Positions 8,205 through 17,282 of a DNA stretch of 31,093 bases are shown one piece after another. Position numbers and translations under genes: made by a program. The notes under the pieces were generated by a model. The model did no database searches. It saw only the letters and a list, made by a program, of their open reading frames with translations, and was not told the DNA's origin. How positions within the stretch are numbered: position 1 is the first letter of the stretch; every line of letters starts with the position of its first letter. Source of the stretch: Flavobacteriaceae bacterium (lineage in GTDB: Bacteria; Bacteroidota; Bacteroidia; Flavobacteriales; Flavobacteriaceae); NCBI GenBank assembly GCA_013214425.1, contig JABSPN010000002.1, forward strand, positions 1 through 31,093, written 5' to 3'.

Positions 8205-9452
8205 ATGAAAAAACTCTTTTCATTTTTGATCTTGGTATTAGCAACCTCTTCAGTGTTCGCTGGAGGATATAGAGTTTCTATACAGGGTCAAAAACAATTG
8301 GCGATGGGGCATACAGGTGTAGCAGTTATTAGCAGTGCCGAAACAGTGTTTTTTAATCCTGCTAGTATGGCTTTTTTAGAAGATAAATTTAATTTATCTG
8401 TAGGTGCCAGTGGAATCTTCTCACAGGTGAAGTTCCAAAACACAGAATTTGGATGGACAAGTGAAACAGATAATCCTTTAGGGACTCCACTTAATCTATA
8501 TGCGACGTATAAGGCAAATGATTGGTTAACATTTGGTCTTGGTGTATACACTCCATACGGAAGTAGAGTAGAATGGGAAGAAGATTGGGCTGGATCACAT
8601 TTAGTAAATGATATTGATTTATCAGCAATTTTTATCCAACCTTCTGTATCGATCAAATTAGCAGATTTCTTTAGTATTGGTGGTGGACCGATTTATGTTA
8701 CTGGAGGTGTAAACTTCAACAGAAACTTATCGAGAAGCTTAACTGATGATACTGGAGAGAACAGAGCTAACGTTACAATAGATGCTTCAGGAATTAATGC
8801 CTGGGGTTATAATGTAGGATGGACATTAAAGCCAACAGACAAATTAACGATTGGTTTTAACTACAGATCTGAAATCACTATGAAAGCTGAAGATGGCGAT
8901 GCTGATTTTGAAAATATTCCTCCATCTTTAGGTTTTGACGACACAACTTTCGATTCAGAAATCCCATTACCTTCAGAAGTAACAGTAGGACTTTCCTACC
9001 AGATTACTGACAAGTGGTTAGCCGCTTTTGACTATAACAGAACGCAATGGAGTGCATACGAATCATTGAATGTAACATTCAACAACGCAGCCGGAACTTC
9101 AGTCAACTTAAGAAACTACTCTGATGCAAGTACTTACAGATTCGGACTTCAATATGCTCATAATTCTAAATTCACTTTTAGAGGAGGAATTTATTTTGAT
9201 GAATCTCCTATAGAAGATGGGTATTTTGCTCCTGAAACACCAAGAGGTGATTCTGTAGGGTACACTGGAGGTTTAACCTATAATGTAACCGACAAATTAG
9301 GGATCGATCTTTCATTCTTATATCTTTCATTCAAAGAAGAAACAAACTCTTACGATTACTTCGTAGAAAGCAACGGAGAGAATTCATCATTTGGAGGAAC
9401 ATATTCGAATTCAACATTTGCCCCTGGTATAGGTGTATCTTATAAATTTTAA
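8205..9452 (+). CDS. fadL: OmpP1/FadL-family outer-membrane transporter of hydrophobic compounds
   Basis: Signal peptide ending VFA|GG, LAMGHTGVA...VFFNPASM hatch motif, GLGVYTPYG, C-terminal GVSYKF. Confidence 0.88.
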   Translation: MKKLFSFLILVLATSSVFAGGYRVSIQGQKQLAMGHTGVAVISSAETVFFNPASMAFLEDKFNLSVGASGIFSQVKFQNTEFGWTSETDNPLGTPLNLYATYKANDWLTFGLGVYTPYGSRVEWEEDWAGSHLVNDIDLSAIFIQPSVSIKLADFFSIGGGPIYVTGGVNFNRNLSRSLTDDTGENRANVTIDASGINAWGYNVGWTLKPTDKLTIGFNYRSEITMKAEDGDADFENIPPSLGFDDTTFDSEIPLPSEVTVGLSYQITDKWLAAFDYNRTQWSAYESLNVTFNNAAGTSVNLRNYSDASTYRFGLQYAHNSKFTFRGGIYFDESPIEDGYFAPETPRGDSVGYTGGLTYNVTDKLGIDLSFLYLSFKEETNSYDYFVESNGENSSFGGTYSNSTFAPGIGVSYKF

Positions 9453-9467
9453 TACGGAATTAAGAAC

Positions 9468-10952
9468 ATGAAAAAAATTAAATATATCGCAATTGCAGCT
9501 CTAGGTTTAGTTGCTTGTGAACCAGAATTTGACAATGATATAACCGACTCAGGGTTTTACTCGACAGGTACCGCAAACTTAGATAATTTTGTTGCTATCG
9601 GTAACTCATTAACTGCAGGTTTTGCAGATGGAGCTTTATATGTTCAGGGACAAGAGAATTCTTTCCCAAATATCATGGCTTCTAAATTTGCACAAGCTGG
9701 AAGCACTCAAGAATTTTCACAACCTTTAACTAGCGATAATCTTGGAGGATTATTATTAGGTGGTGTTCAAATATCTCCAAACAGATTAGTATTATCGGCT
9801 AGTGCTCCAGGAGCTGGAGATCTTGCACCAGTAATATTAGATGGTACACCTACAACAGAAGTTAGTATTCCATTAACAGGAACGTTCCACAACATGGGAG
9901 TCCCAGGAGCTAAGTCATTTCACTTACTATCTCCAGGTTATGGTGATGTAGGAGGAGTTCCATTAGGATTAGCAAATCCATACTATGCAAGATTTGCCAG
10001 TTCTTCTACAGCTACTGTTATGGGAGATGCTTTAGCACAAAACCCATCTTTCTTTAGTTTATGGATTGGAAACAACGATGTACTTTCTTTCGCTACTTCA
10101 GGTGGTGTTGGAGAAGATCAAACAGGAAACTTGGACCCGGCTACTTACGGACCAAATGATATTACAGATCCAACTGTATTTGCTGGAACATTAGATGCTA
10201 TTATGTCTTCTTTAAACGGAGCAGGAGCTCAAGGAATCGTTTGTAACTTACCAGATGTAACATCTATCCCATATTTTACAACCATTCCATTTAATTCTAT
10301 TCCTATGGATGCAACTACTGCTGCTGGTACGAATGCTGCTTACGCTGCATACAACGGTGGTTTATTAGCTGCTCAAGGTGGTGGTTTTATCACTGCCGAC
10401 GAGGTAGCAGCTAGAACAATTAACTTTGTTGAAGGAAACAATGCTGTTGTAATTGAAGATGAATCATTAACTAATTTAGCTGGACTGGGTTTACCAAATA
10501 TCAGACAAGCAACTGCTGATGATTTTATTGTATTACCAACCCTATCTATATTAGGAACTCTAGCAGATCCAGCTGACCCAACATCGGTTATCGGTGTAGG
10601 AGTAGCTTTAAATGACGGACAGGTATTAACCGCTAATGAAGCGTCTATGGTTTTTGCTGCTCAAGCTCAGTACAACGCTACCTTAGCAGCTTTAGCTAGT
10701 GCTTATGGATTCGATTTAATCGACATGAGAGCTTTATTAGAAGACTTAAATGTAAACGGTGTAGCATATAACGGAGGAACAATGACTAGTGCATTTGCTA
10801 CTGGTAACGGATTCTCTTTAGATGGTGTTCACCCAACAGCAAGAGGATATGCTTATATAGCTGATCAAATGATTGAAATGATCAATAATAATTATGGCGC
10901 TAATATCCCAAGAATTGATATTGGTGAATATCCGGGAACTATGATAAACTAA
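9468..10952 (+). CDS. SGNH/GDSL-family lipolytic lipoprotein
   Basis: Lipobox LVAC; block I GNSLTAG, block II NMGVPG, block III WIGNND, block V DGVHP. Confidence 0.88.
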   Translation: MKKIKYIAIAALGLVACEPEFDNDITDSGFYSTGTANLDNFVAIGNSLTAGFADGALYVQGQENSFPNIMASKFAQAGSTQEFSQPLTSDNLGGLLLGGVQISPNRLVLSASAPGAGDLAPVILDGTPTTEVSIPLTGTFHNMGVPGAKSFHLLSPGYGDVGGVPLGLANPYYARFASSSTATVMGDALAQNPSFFSLWIGNNDVLSFATSGGVGEDQTGNLDPATYGPNDITDPTVFAGTLDAIMSSLNGAGAQGIVCNLPDVTSIPYFTTIPFNSIPMDATTAAGTNAAYAAYNGGLLAAQGGGFITADEVAARTINFVEGNNAVVIEDESLTNLAGLGLPNIRQATADDFIVLPTLSILGTLADPADPTSVIGVGVALNDGQVLTANEASMVFAAQAQYNATLAALASAYGFDLIDMRALLEDLNVNGVAYNGGTMTSAFATGNGFSLDGVHPTARGYAYIADQMIEMINNNYGANIPRIDIGEYPGTMIN

Positions 10953-10974
10953 ACGTTGAGTTTATAATATCTTG

Positions 10975-11005
10975 AAAAGCGCTGATTTAAATCAGCGCTT
11001 TTTTT
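10975..11005 (+). terminator. Intrinsic terminator after the fadL-SGNH operon
   Basis: Perfect palindrome AAAAGCGCTGATTT/AAATCAGCGCTTTT continuing into a T7 tract. Confidence 0.85.
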
Positions 11006-11039
11006 ATATCTTTAAATAATCATAACCATCAAAATATTT

Positions 11040-11393
11040 ATGAATACCTTATTAAAAGTTCTTTTAAATGCTATTGCAGTTTTTGTTTTAGCACATGTTC
11101 TTCCCTCGGTTCATGTTGATTCCTACATCACAGCTATTATAGTCGCCGTAGTATTAAGTCTATTAAATCTTATTGTAAGACCCATTCTAGTTATACTTAC
11201 TATTCCTGCCACCATTTTATCATTAGGGCTCTTCCTTTTGGTCATTAATGCTGCTATAATTTTATTAGCAGATTGGCTCATCAGCGGGTTCGTTGTAGAT
11301 GGCTTTTTATGGGCATTAATTTTTAGTTTATTGTTATCATTTTTTCAATCTATACTTAACAAACTGTTAAAGAACAATAAGAAGAAAAAATAA
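11040..11393 (+). CDS. 4-TM membrane protein, YvlD/phage-holin superfamily IV-like
   Basis: Four hydrophobic helices with LNLIVRPILVILTIPATILSLGLFLLVINA and GFLWALIFSLLLS motifs; basic C-terminal tail. Confidence 0.85.
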   Translation: MNTLLKVLLNAIAVFVLAHVLPSVHVDSYITAIIVAVVLSLLNLIVRPILVILTIPATILSLGLFLLVINAAIILLADWLISGFVVDGFLWALIFSLLLSFFQSILNKLLKNNKKKK

Positions 11394-11416
11394 GCTGTAA
11401 ATCAAATATTTAAAAA

Positions 11417-11447
11417 TTTGTAGGGTTGTGGAAATAATGTATTTTTG
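11417..11447 (+). promoter_or_regulatory. Bacteroidota housekeeping promoter for tig
   Basis: TTTG (11417-20), 19-bp spacer, TATTTTTG (11440-47) followed by CA: full -33/-7 consensus. Confidence 0.8.
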
Positions 11448-11480
11448 CAACCCTAATTTTATGTAGAAAACGAATTCATA

Positions 11481-12803
11481 ATGAATATCACAAGAGAAAA
11501 TATTGATGCTTTAAATGCAATTGTAACTGTTGCTATTAAAAAGAATGACTATAGCGAAAAAGTTCAAAAGATTCTAGATGATTACAGAAAACAAGCCAAC
11601 ATTCCAGGATTCAGAAAAGGTCATGTCCCAATGGGATTAGTGAAGAAGCAATACGGAAAAGCTGTATTGGTTGATGAAGTGAACAAATTAATCCAGGACG
11701 GTTTAAATAAATATCTTGTTGAAGAGAAATTAGATGTTTTAGGAAATCCACTTCCGAAGGCTCAAGAAGATTTAGATTGGGATGCTGAGGACTTTTCATT
11801 TGAATTCGAATTAGGCTTAGCTCCTGAATTTTCTGTTGACCTTAAAAACAAAAAAGCAATCACACAGTACAACATTGTTATGGATGAAAAAACTGTGAAT
11901 GATCAAATCGAAAACATCAGAAAATCTTATGGAAAGTTAATTGCTCAAGAAGAAATTACTGTTGATTCTGAAATCACAGGAGTTTTTGCAAACGATGAAA
12001 ATGGTATTGACAACAATACTACTTTTGGTTTAGATAAAATCAAAGGAAAAACCAACGAGAAGAAATTCTTAGGAAAGAAAGCTGGAGATACGATCAAATT
12101 AAAAACTAAAAATCTGGTTAATAACGAGAATGATTTAGTGAATTTATTAGGTCTTACTCCTGAAGATGCTAACGGTTTAGAAATTGAATTAACGTTTACT
12201 ATTAATGAGATCAATCACAGAGAGCTTGCCGATATGGATCAGGAGTTCTTTGATAAATTATTCGGACCTGGAGTGATTACTACTGAAAAAGAATTACAAG
12301 ATCGTTTAAAAGAGGACGGACAAAAACAATTCAGTCAACAAGCAGATCAGAAGCTATTAAACGATGTCACTGATTATTTAATCGAAAACACAAAATTCGA
12401 TCTTCCAAAGACATTTTTAGAAAAATGGTTACAAGTTTCAGGAGAAAATCCATTAACTGAGGATGAGGCTAAAGCTGAATTCGAGAAATCTGAAAAAGGG
12501 TTACGATACCAACTAATCGAAAGCAAATTAATGTCTGAAAACGAGCTTAAAGTTGAATTCGAAAACGTAAAAGAGCACGCTAAACAAATGGTTAAAGCGC
12601 AAATGGCTCAATTTGGTCAATTAAATCCTTCAGAGGAAGAATTAGAAAATATTGCTGTACGAGTATTGAGTAATGAAGAAGAAGTAAGAAGAATTACTAG
12701 TCAGTTAGTTAGCGAACAGCTGTTAAATCTTTACAAAGACAAATTGAATCTTAAGACAAAAGAGGTAACTTATGATGATTTTGTTAAAGAAGTTTACGGT
12801 TAA
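11481..12803 (+). CDS. tig: Trigger factor
   Basis: IPGFRKGHVP ribosome-binding motif, 440 aa, upstream of clpP-clpX. Confidence 0.96.
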   Translation: MNITRENIDALNAIVTVAIKKNDYSEKVQKILDDYRKQANIPGFRKGHVPMGLVKKQYGKAVLVDEVNKLIQDGLNKYLVEEKLDVLGNPLPKAQEDLDWDAEDFSFEFELGLAPEFSVDLKNKKAITQYNIVMDEKTVNDQIENIRKSYGKLIAQEEITVDSEITGVFANDENGIDNNTTFGLDKIKGKTNEKKFLGKKAGDTIKLKTKNLVNNENDLVNLLGLTPEDANGLEIELTFTINEINHRELADMDQEFFDKLFGPGVITTEKELQDRLKEDGQKQFSQQADQKLLNDVTDYLIENTKFDLPKTFLEKWLQVSGENPLTEDEAKAEFEKSEKGLRYQLIESKLMSENELKVEFENVKEHAKQMVKAQMAQFGQLNPSEEELENIAVRVLSNEEEVRRITSQLVSEQLLNLYKDKLNLKTKEVTYDDFVKEVYG

Positions 12804-12829
12804 AAATCAAAAATAAATTGATTATATTT

Positions 12830-12860
12830 AAGGCGTTAAACTAGAGTTTAACGCCTTTTT
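12830..12860 (+). terminator. Hairpin plus T-tract between tig and clpP
   Basis: AAGGCGTTAAACT-AG-AGTTTAACGCCTT followed by TTT. Confidence 0.7.
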
Positions 12861-12881
12861 AATGAACTTAAAGATAAATAA

Positions 12882-13568
12882 ATGGATTACGGAAAAGAAT
12901 TTGAAAAATTCGCCACCAAACACTACGGCATAAATAGTATGTACTACGACAAAATTATGAGTAGTATGTACACTCACCCTCAAGGGTTAACACCAAACAT
13001 CGTTGAGGAAAGACAATTAAACGTAGCCATCTTTGATGTATTCTCTAGATTAATGATGGATAGAATCATTTTCTTAGGAACTGGTATTAACGATCAAGTA
13101 GCCAATATTATTCAGGCGCAATTACTATTCTTAGAAAGTATTGACGCATCAAAAGATATCCAAATCTATATCAACTCACCTGGAGGAAGTGTTTACGCCG
13201 GATTAGGTATTTACGACACCATGCAATTTATCAAACCAGACGTTGCTACAATATGTACAGGTATGGCAGCCTCTATGGGAGCCGTATTATTATGTGCTGG
13301 TGAAAATGGAAAAAGATCTGGATTAGAGCACTCAAGAGTGATGATTCACCAACCTTTAGGAGGGGCTCAAGGACAAGCAAGTGATATTGAAATCACTGCA
13401 AGAGAAATCTTGATCTTAAAAGAAGAATTGTATAATATTATTTCTAAACATTCTGGACAGACTTACGATAAAGTATATGCTGACTCTGACAGAGATTATT
13501 GGATGAAAGCCGATAAAGCTAAGGAGTACGGAATGATTGATGAGATATTAAGCAGAGATACCAAATAA
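12882..13568 (+). CDS. clpP: ATP-dependent Clp protease proteolytic subunit
   Basis: [22 protein letters not shown], catalytic ASMGA / MIHQP / DRDYW. Confidence 0.98.
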   Translation: MDYGKEFEKFATKHYGINSMYYDKIMSSMYTHPQGLTPNIVEERQLNVAIFDVFSRLMMDRIIFLGTGINDQVANIIQAQLLFLESIDASKDIQIYINSPGGSVYAGLGIYDTMQFIKPDVATICTGMAASMGAVLLCAGENGKRSGLEHSRVMIHQPLGGAQGQASDIEITAREILILKEELYNIISKHSGQTYDKVYADSDRDYWMKADKAKEYGMIDEILSRDTK

Positions 13569-13595
13569 GTCTTTGTTAAACTAAATTAAAAGGTT

Positions 13596-14828
13596 ATGGC
13601 TAAGGAAGAATTAGAATGTTCGTTTTGCGGTAGAAAAAAATCTGAAACCAATTTATTAATTGCAGGATTAGACGCGCATATTTGCGATCGTTGTATCGTG
13701 CAGGCCAACGGCATTGTTTTAGAAGAATCAAAACAGATTAATAACACAGAACTTTCTGCTGAACTAATCTTAAGAAAGCCCAAACAAATCAAAACATTCT
13801 TAGACGAATATATTATTGGTCAGGAGCATACAAAGAAAGTGATGTCTGTTGCTGTTTACAACCATTACAAAAGGTTATTACAACCGCCAAGTAATGACGA
13901 TATCGAGATTCAGAAAAGTAATATCATCATGGCTGGGCAAACTGGAACTGGTAAAACCTTAATAGCAAAAACCATTGCTAGAATGTTAAATGTTCCTTTA
14001 GCAATTGTTGATGCTACTGTTCTTACTGAAGCTGGTTATGTAGGGGAAGATGTTGAAAGTATTTTGACCCGATTGCTTCAAGCTGCCGATTACAACCTTG
14101 AAAAAGCTGAAAAAGGAATCGTTTTTATAGATGAAATCGATAAGATTGCTCGTAAAAGCGATAACCCTTCTATTACCAGAGATGTGTCTGGAGAAGGTGT
14201 ACAACAAGCTTTATTAAAACTATTAGAAGGTACTATTGTGAATGTTCCACCTAAAGGAGGAAGAAAGCACCCTGATCAAAAGTTTATCGAGGTCAATACA
14301 GAACATATTCTTTTTATCGCTGGAGGAGCTTTTGACGGCATTGAGCGTGTAATCACCAAACGTTTAAACATGCAGGCTGTTGGATACAGTGCTTCTAAGA
14401 GTGAAGACAGTATTGACGAAGACAATATCTTACAATACATTATTCCGAAGGACTTAAAAGACTTTGGTTTAATTCCTGAAATTATAGGTCGACTTCCCGT
14501 GTTAACACACATGAATCCTTTAGATGAAGGCACTTTAAGAGCAATTCTTACTGAACCTAAAAATGCCATCATCAAACAGTATAAAAAACTGTTTGCCATG
14601 GATGAAATCGAGTTCGAAATCACTGATGACGCCTTAGATTACATCGTCAAAAAAGCTATTGAATACAAACTTGGAGCCAGAGGATTACGCTCCCTTTGTG
14701 AAGCTATTTTAACTGATGCTATGTTTGAATTACCTGGCGAAGAGGAAAAAGAGCTGAAAGTAAATAAAGAATATGCTGAACAAAAGTTGACGAAAGCTGC
14801 TATTAATAAACTTAAAGCAGTATCATAA
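13596..14828 (+). CDS. clpX: ATP-dependent Clp protease ATP-binding subunit
   Basis: C4 zinc finger (CSFC...CDRC), Walker A GQTGTGKT, Walker [35 protein letters not shown]. Confidence 0.98.
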   Translation: MAKEELECSFCGRKKSETNLLIAGLDAHICDRCIVQANGIVLEESKQINNTELSAELILRKPKQIKTFLDEYIIGQEHTKKVMSVAVYNHYKRLLQPPSNDDIEIQKSNIIMAGQTGTGKTLIAKTIARMLNVPLAIVDATVLTEAGYVGEDVESILTRLLQAADYNLEKAEKGIVFIDEIDKIARKSDNPSITRDVSGEGVQQALLKLLEGTIVNVPPKGGRKHPDQKFIEVNTEHILFIAGGAFDGIERVITKRLNMQAVGYSASKSEDSIDEDNILQYIIPKDLKDFGLIPEIIGRLPVLTHMNPLDEGTLRAILTEPKNAIIKQYKKLFAMDEIEFEITDDALDYIVKKAIEYKLGARGLRSLCEAILTDAMFELPGEEEKELKVNKEYAEQKLTKAAINKLKAVS

Positions 14829-14853
14829 TTAGCATAACGTAATAAATATAATT

Positions 14854-14889
14854 TACGTCAGTTTTACTTTAAGACTGACGTATTTTTTT
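14854..14889 (+). terminator. Intrinsic terminator after clpX
   Basis: TACGTCAGT...ACTGACGTA 9-bp stem followed by a T tract. Confidence 0.75.
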
Positions 14890-14896
14890 ATTTTTG
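14889..14896 (+). promoter_or_regulatory. -7 element for murI embedded in the terminator T-tract
   Basis: TATTTTTG matches TAnnTTTG, 5 nt before the murI ATG; no clean TTTG -33 element. Confidence 0.45.
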
Positions 14897-14901
14897 AATG
14901 T

Positions 14902-15702
14902 ATGAGCACACAAGCCATTGGCATATTTGACTCGGGTGTTGGAGGCACTTCAATTTGGAAAGAAATTCACGAATTACTTCCCAACGAATCGACTATTTAT
15001 CTCGCCGATAGTTTACATGCACCTTATGGACAAAAAAAAAAAGAACGTATTCTAGAGCTCAGTATTAAAAACACCGAGTTACTCATCAAGAAAGACTGCA
15101 AGCTCATTGTAGTGGCTTGTAATACAGCTACAACAAATGCTATTTCGTATCTAAGACATAACTATAACGTTCCTTTTATCGGAATTGAACCTGCCATTAA
15201 GCCTGCTGCATTAAAAACCAAAACAAAGGCCATTGGAATTCTTGCAACTAAAGGCACATTAAGCAGTGAATTATTTCATAATACTTCGGAACTATTTGCT
15301 GAAAATATCGAAATTCACGAGCAAGTAGGCAAAGGTTTGGTAGAATTGATCGAATCTGGCAAAAAGGACAGCTCTGAAATGACGGATTTATTGAAAACGT
15401 ACTGTTTACCCATACTAGAAAAGAACATCGATTATTTGGTATTGGGCTGTACGCATTATCCGTATTTGATTCCACAGTTAAAAAAGATCTTACCCAAAAC
15501 GGTTACCATCATCGACTCGGGAGAAGCGGTTGCCAGACAAACAAAAGCGGTTTTAGAACGACATGATTTATTGAATTTATTAGCAAGAAGCAAGAAAAAA
15601 GAAGTAAGAAACATTTCTCATCTTTTTTATAGTAATAAGGAAGTAAATATCCTACAGGACATAATCGGGAAGCAATTTAAGGCTGAGTTTTTGAAGTTTT
15701 AA
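14902..15702 (+). CDS. murI: Glutamate racemase
   Basis: IGIFDSGVGG, catalytic VVACNTAT and LVLGCTHYP. Confidence 0.97.
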   Translation: MSTQAIGIFDSGVGGTSIWKEIHELLPNESTIYLADSLHAPYGQKKKERILELSIKNTELLIKKDCKLIVVACNTATTNAISYLRHNYNVPFIGIEPAIKPAALKTKTKAIGILATKGTLSSELFHNTSELFAENIEIHEQVGKGLVELIESGKKDSSEMTDLLKTYCLPILEKNIDYLVLGCTHYPYLIPQLKKILPKTVTIIDSGEAVARQTKAVLERHDLLNLLARSKKKEVRNISHLFYSNKEVNILQDIIGKQFKAEFLKF

Positions 15703-15860
15703 TTTGTATTGTTTCTCATGAAGCTTATTACTAATGTTACCAAAAGTATTATTAATAAAACTAACTTGTAATACTTTTGCTTTATTGTGTAAGCATAACC
15801 GAACACTATAAAACCAACTAAAATTAATATTCTAATCGCTAATAAAGTAGAACAAAGCAC
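15699..15860 (-). CDS. Putative 53-aa two-helix membrane protein, or 3' remnant of a decayed gene (not in ORF track)
   Basis: GTG at 15860 gives MLCSTLLAIRILILVGFIVFGYAYTIKQKYYKLVLLIILLVTLVISFMRNNTN; its TAA overlaps the murI TAA in a shared TTAA. Confidence 0.35.
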   Translation of the reverse strand: MLCSTLLAIRILILVGFIVFGYAYTIKQKYYKLVLLIILLVTLVISFMRNNTN

Positions 15861-16033
15861 TCTTTAAGCCAACTTGATCTGAATGATAGGGATAATCCAT
15901 ATCAACAATAAAACTATAATATCACGCAACCATTAACAATAGTATTGTATAAACATGAGCTAAAACGATTACTATTTTCCTTAGAACTCTCAATACTTCT
16001 GTTCACTCTCGATTAATTACTAAAGACCAGTGA

Positions 16034-16546
16034 CTATCTCTTAAACCAACTCGAATATTCAATATAATTATTGGCAATGCGATTAATTTCTCCTGAAATC
16101 AATTCCGGAGACACATCTTTTACTTTTTTAGCGGGAATACCAGCGTAAATACTACCAGCCTCTACTCTAGTATTTTTTGTTACTACAGCTCCAGCTGCGA
16201 TTATAGAATTGCTTTCTATCACACAATCGTCCATCACTATACTTCCCATTCCAATGAGTACATTATCGTGAATGGTGCATCCGTGGACAATAGCATTATG
16301 ACCAATAGATACATTGTTCCCTATGGTTGTCGGACTTTTCTCAAAAGTAGCGTGAATTACGGCTCCATCCTGTATGTTGACCTTATCTCCTATTCTAATA
16401 AAATGGACATCACCGCGTATTACAGCATTAAACCATACACTACATTGATTTCCAATCGTTACTTCTCCAACTATAGTTGCATTTTCAGCAATAAAACAAT
16501 CGTCTCCAATTTCAGGATATTTATCACGTACAGGTTGTATAATCAT
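16034..16546 (-). CDS. Gamma carbonic anhydrase-family protein (YrdA/CaiE-like)
   Basis: Hexapeptide beta-helix repeats, VWFNAVIRGD, three metal-ligand His (VIHA, IGHNAIVHGC); start overlaps the LytTR gene stop. Confidence 0.93.
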   Translation of the reverse strand: MIIQPVRDKYPEIGDDCFIAENATIVGEVTIGNQCSVWFNAVIRGDVHFIRIGDKVNIQDGAVIHATFEKSPTTIGNNVSIGHNAIVHGCTIHDNVLIGMGSIVMDDCVIESNSIIAAGAVVTKNTRVEAGSIYAGIPAKKVKDVSPELISGEINRIANNYIEYSSWFKR

Positions 16547-17277
16547 TATTTAAAATAGCTTAATAATTCGGCCTTCTTACTTGGTGCTACTTGAATTTCT
16601 TTGTTAGTTTGCAGTACCACACTTCCTCCTTTTCCTTTTCGGTATTTGACAACCGCATTGACATTCACCAGGAAAGATTTGTGTACACGCACAAAATTAG
16701 ACGCCTTGAGCGCTTCTTCAAAATACTTTAATGTTTTGCTCACTAATATTTTTCTGTTCTCCAGATAGATCTCTGTATAATTATCGTCAGCCTTACAATA
16801 CACAATATCCTGAATGTTCAGTACTTCAAATCCATCTTGTTGCGGAATGGTAATCTTACCTTCAACGATTTTACTAGATGGCTGTATCACATTATTCTCT
16901 AAGGCATTTTCTTTTTGCTTAATGACAAAAACATAATCAACTGCCTTAATCAATTCATCAATAGAAATAGGTTTCAGAAGATAATAAGACGCATGATTGT
17001 TTAGGGCATCTAAAGCGTAGTGATCGTAGGCGGTAACAAATACGGTTTCAAAGGTTCTGTCTCCTACTCGCTCCAGTAAATCGAAAGCATTTCCGAAGGG
17101 CATTTCCACATCAAGAAAAACCAGGTCTAACTCATTATTCCTAATCAGGATCAGAGCATCTTCAATATTAGAAGCCTCTCCCAGTAGATTTACTTTAGGG
17201 CAATACTTGGTAATATAATTGGTCAATATTTCACGGCTTTTGGCCTCATCTTCTACAATTATCGCTTTTAGTTCCAT
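16546..17277 (-). CDS. LytTR-family response regulator
   Basis: Receiver IVEDE / LVFLDVEMP / FVTAYD / YLLKP; LytTR domain KADDNYT, FVRVHKSFLVN. Confidence 0.96.
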   Translation of the reverse strand: MELKAIIVEDEAKSREILTNYITKYCPKVNLLGEASNIEDALILIRNNELDLVFLDVEMPFGNAFDLLERVGDRTFETVFVTAYDHYALDALNNHASYYLLKPISIDELIKAVDYVFVIKQKENALENNVIQPSSKIVEGKITIPQQDGFEVLNIQDIVYCKADDNYTEIYLENRKILVSKTLKYFEEALKASNFVRVHKSFLVNVNAVVKYRKGKGGSVVLQTNKEIQVAPSKKAELLSYFK

Positions 17278-17282
17278 TCTAG

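Noticed and set aside
11040-11393. Prophage suggested by the holin-like gene
   Set aside because: No integrase, endolysin, terminase or structural genes; flanks are core genes.
14829-14838. TTAGCATAAC shared between the clpX-murI gap and the vWA promoter (19733-19742)
   Set aside because: A 10-nt AT-rich match is plausible by chance, and the two contexts differ.
16000-16008. TGTTCACTC, identical to the start of the first LytTR-type repeat
   Set aside because: Single copy with no partner at 21 bp and no same-strand gene downstream; likely chance.
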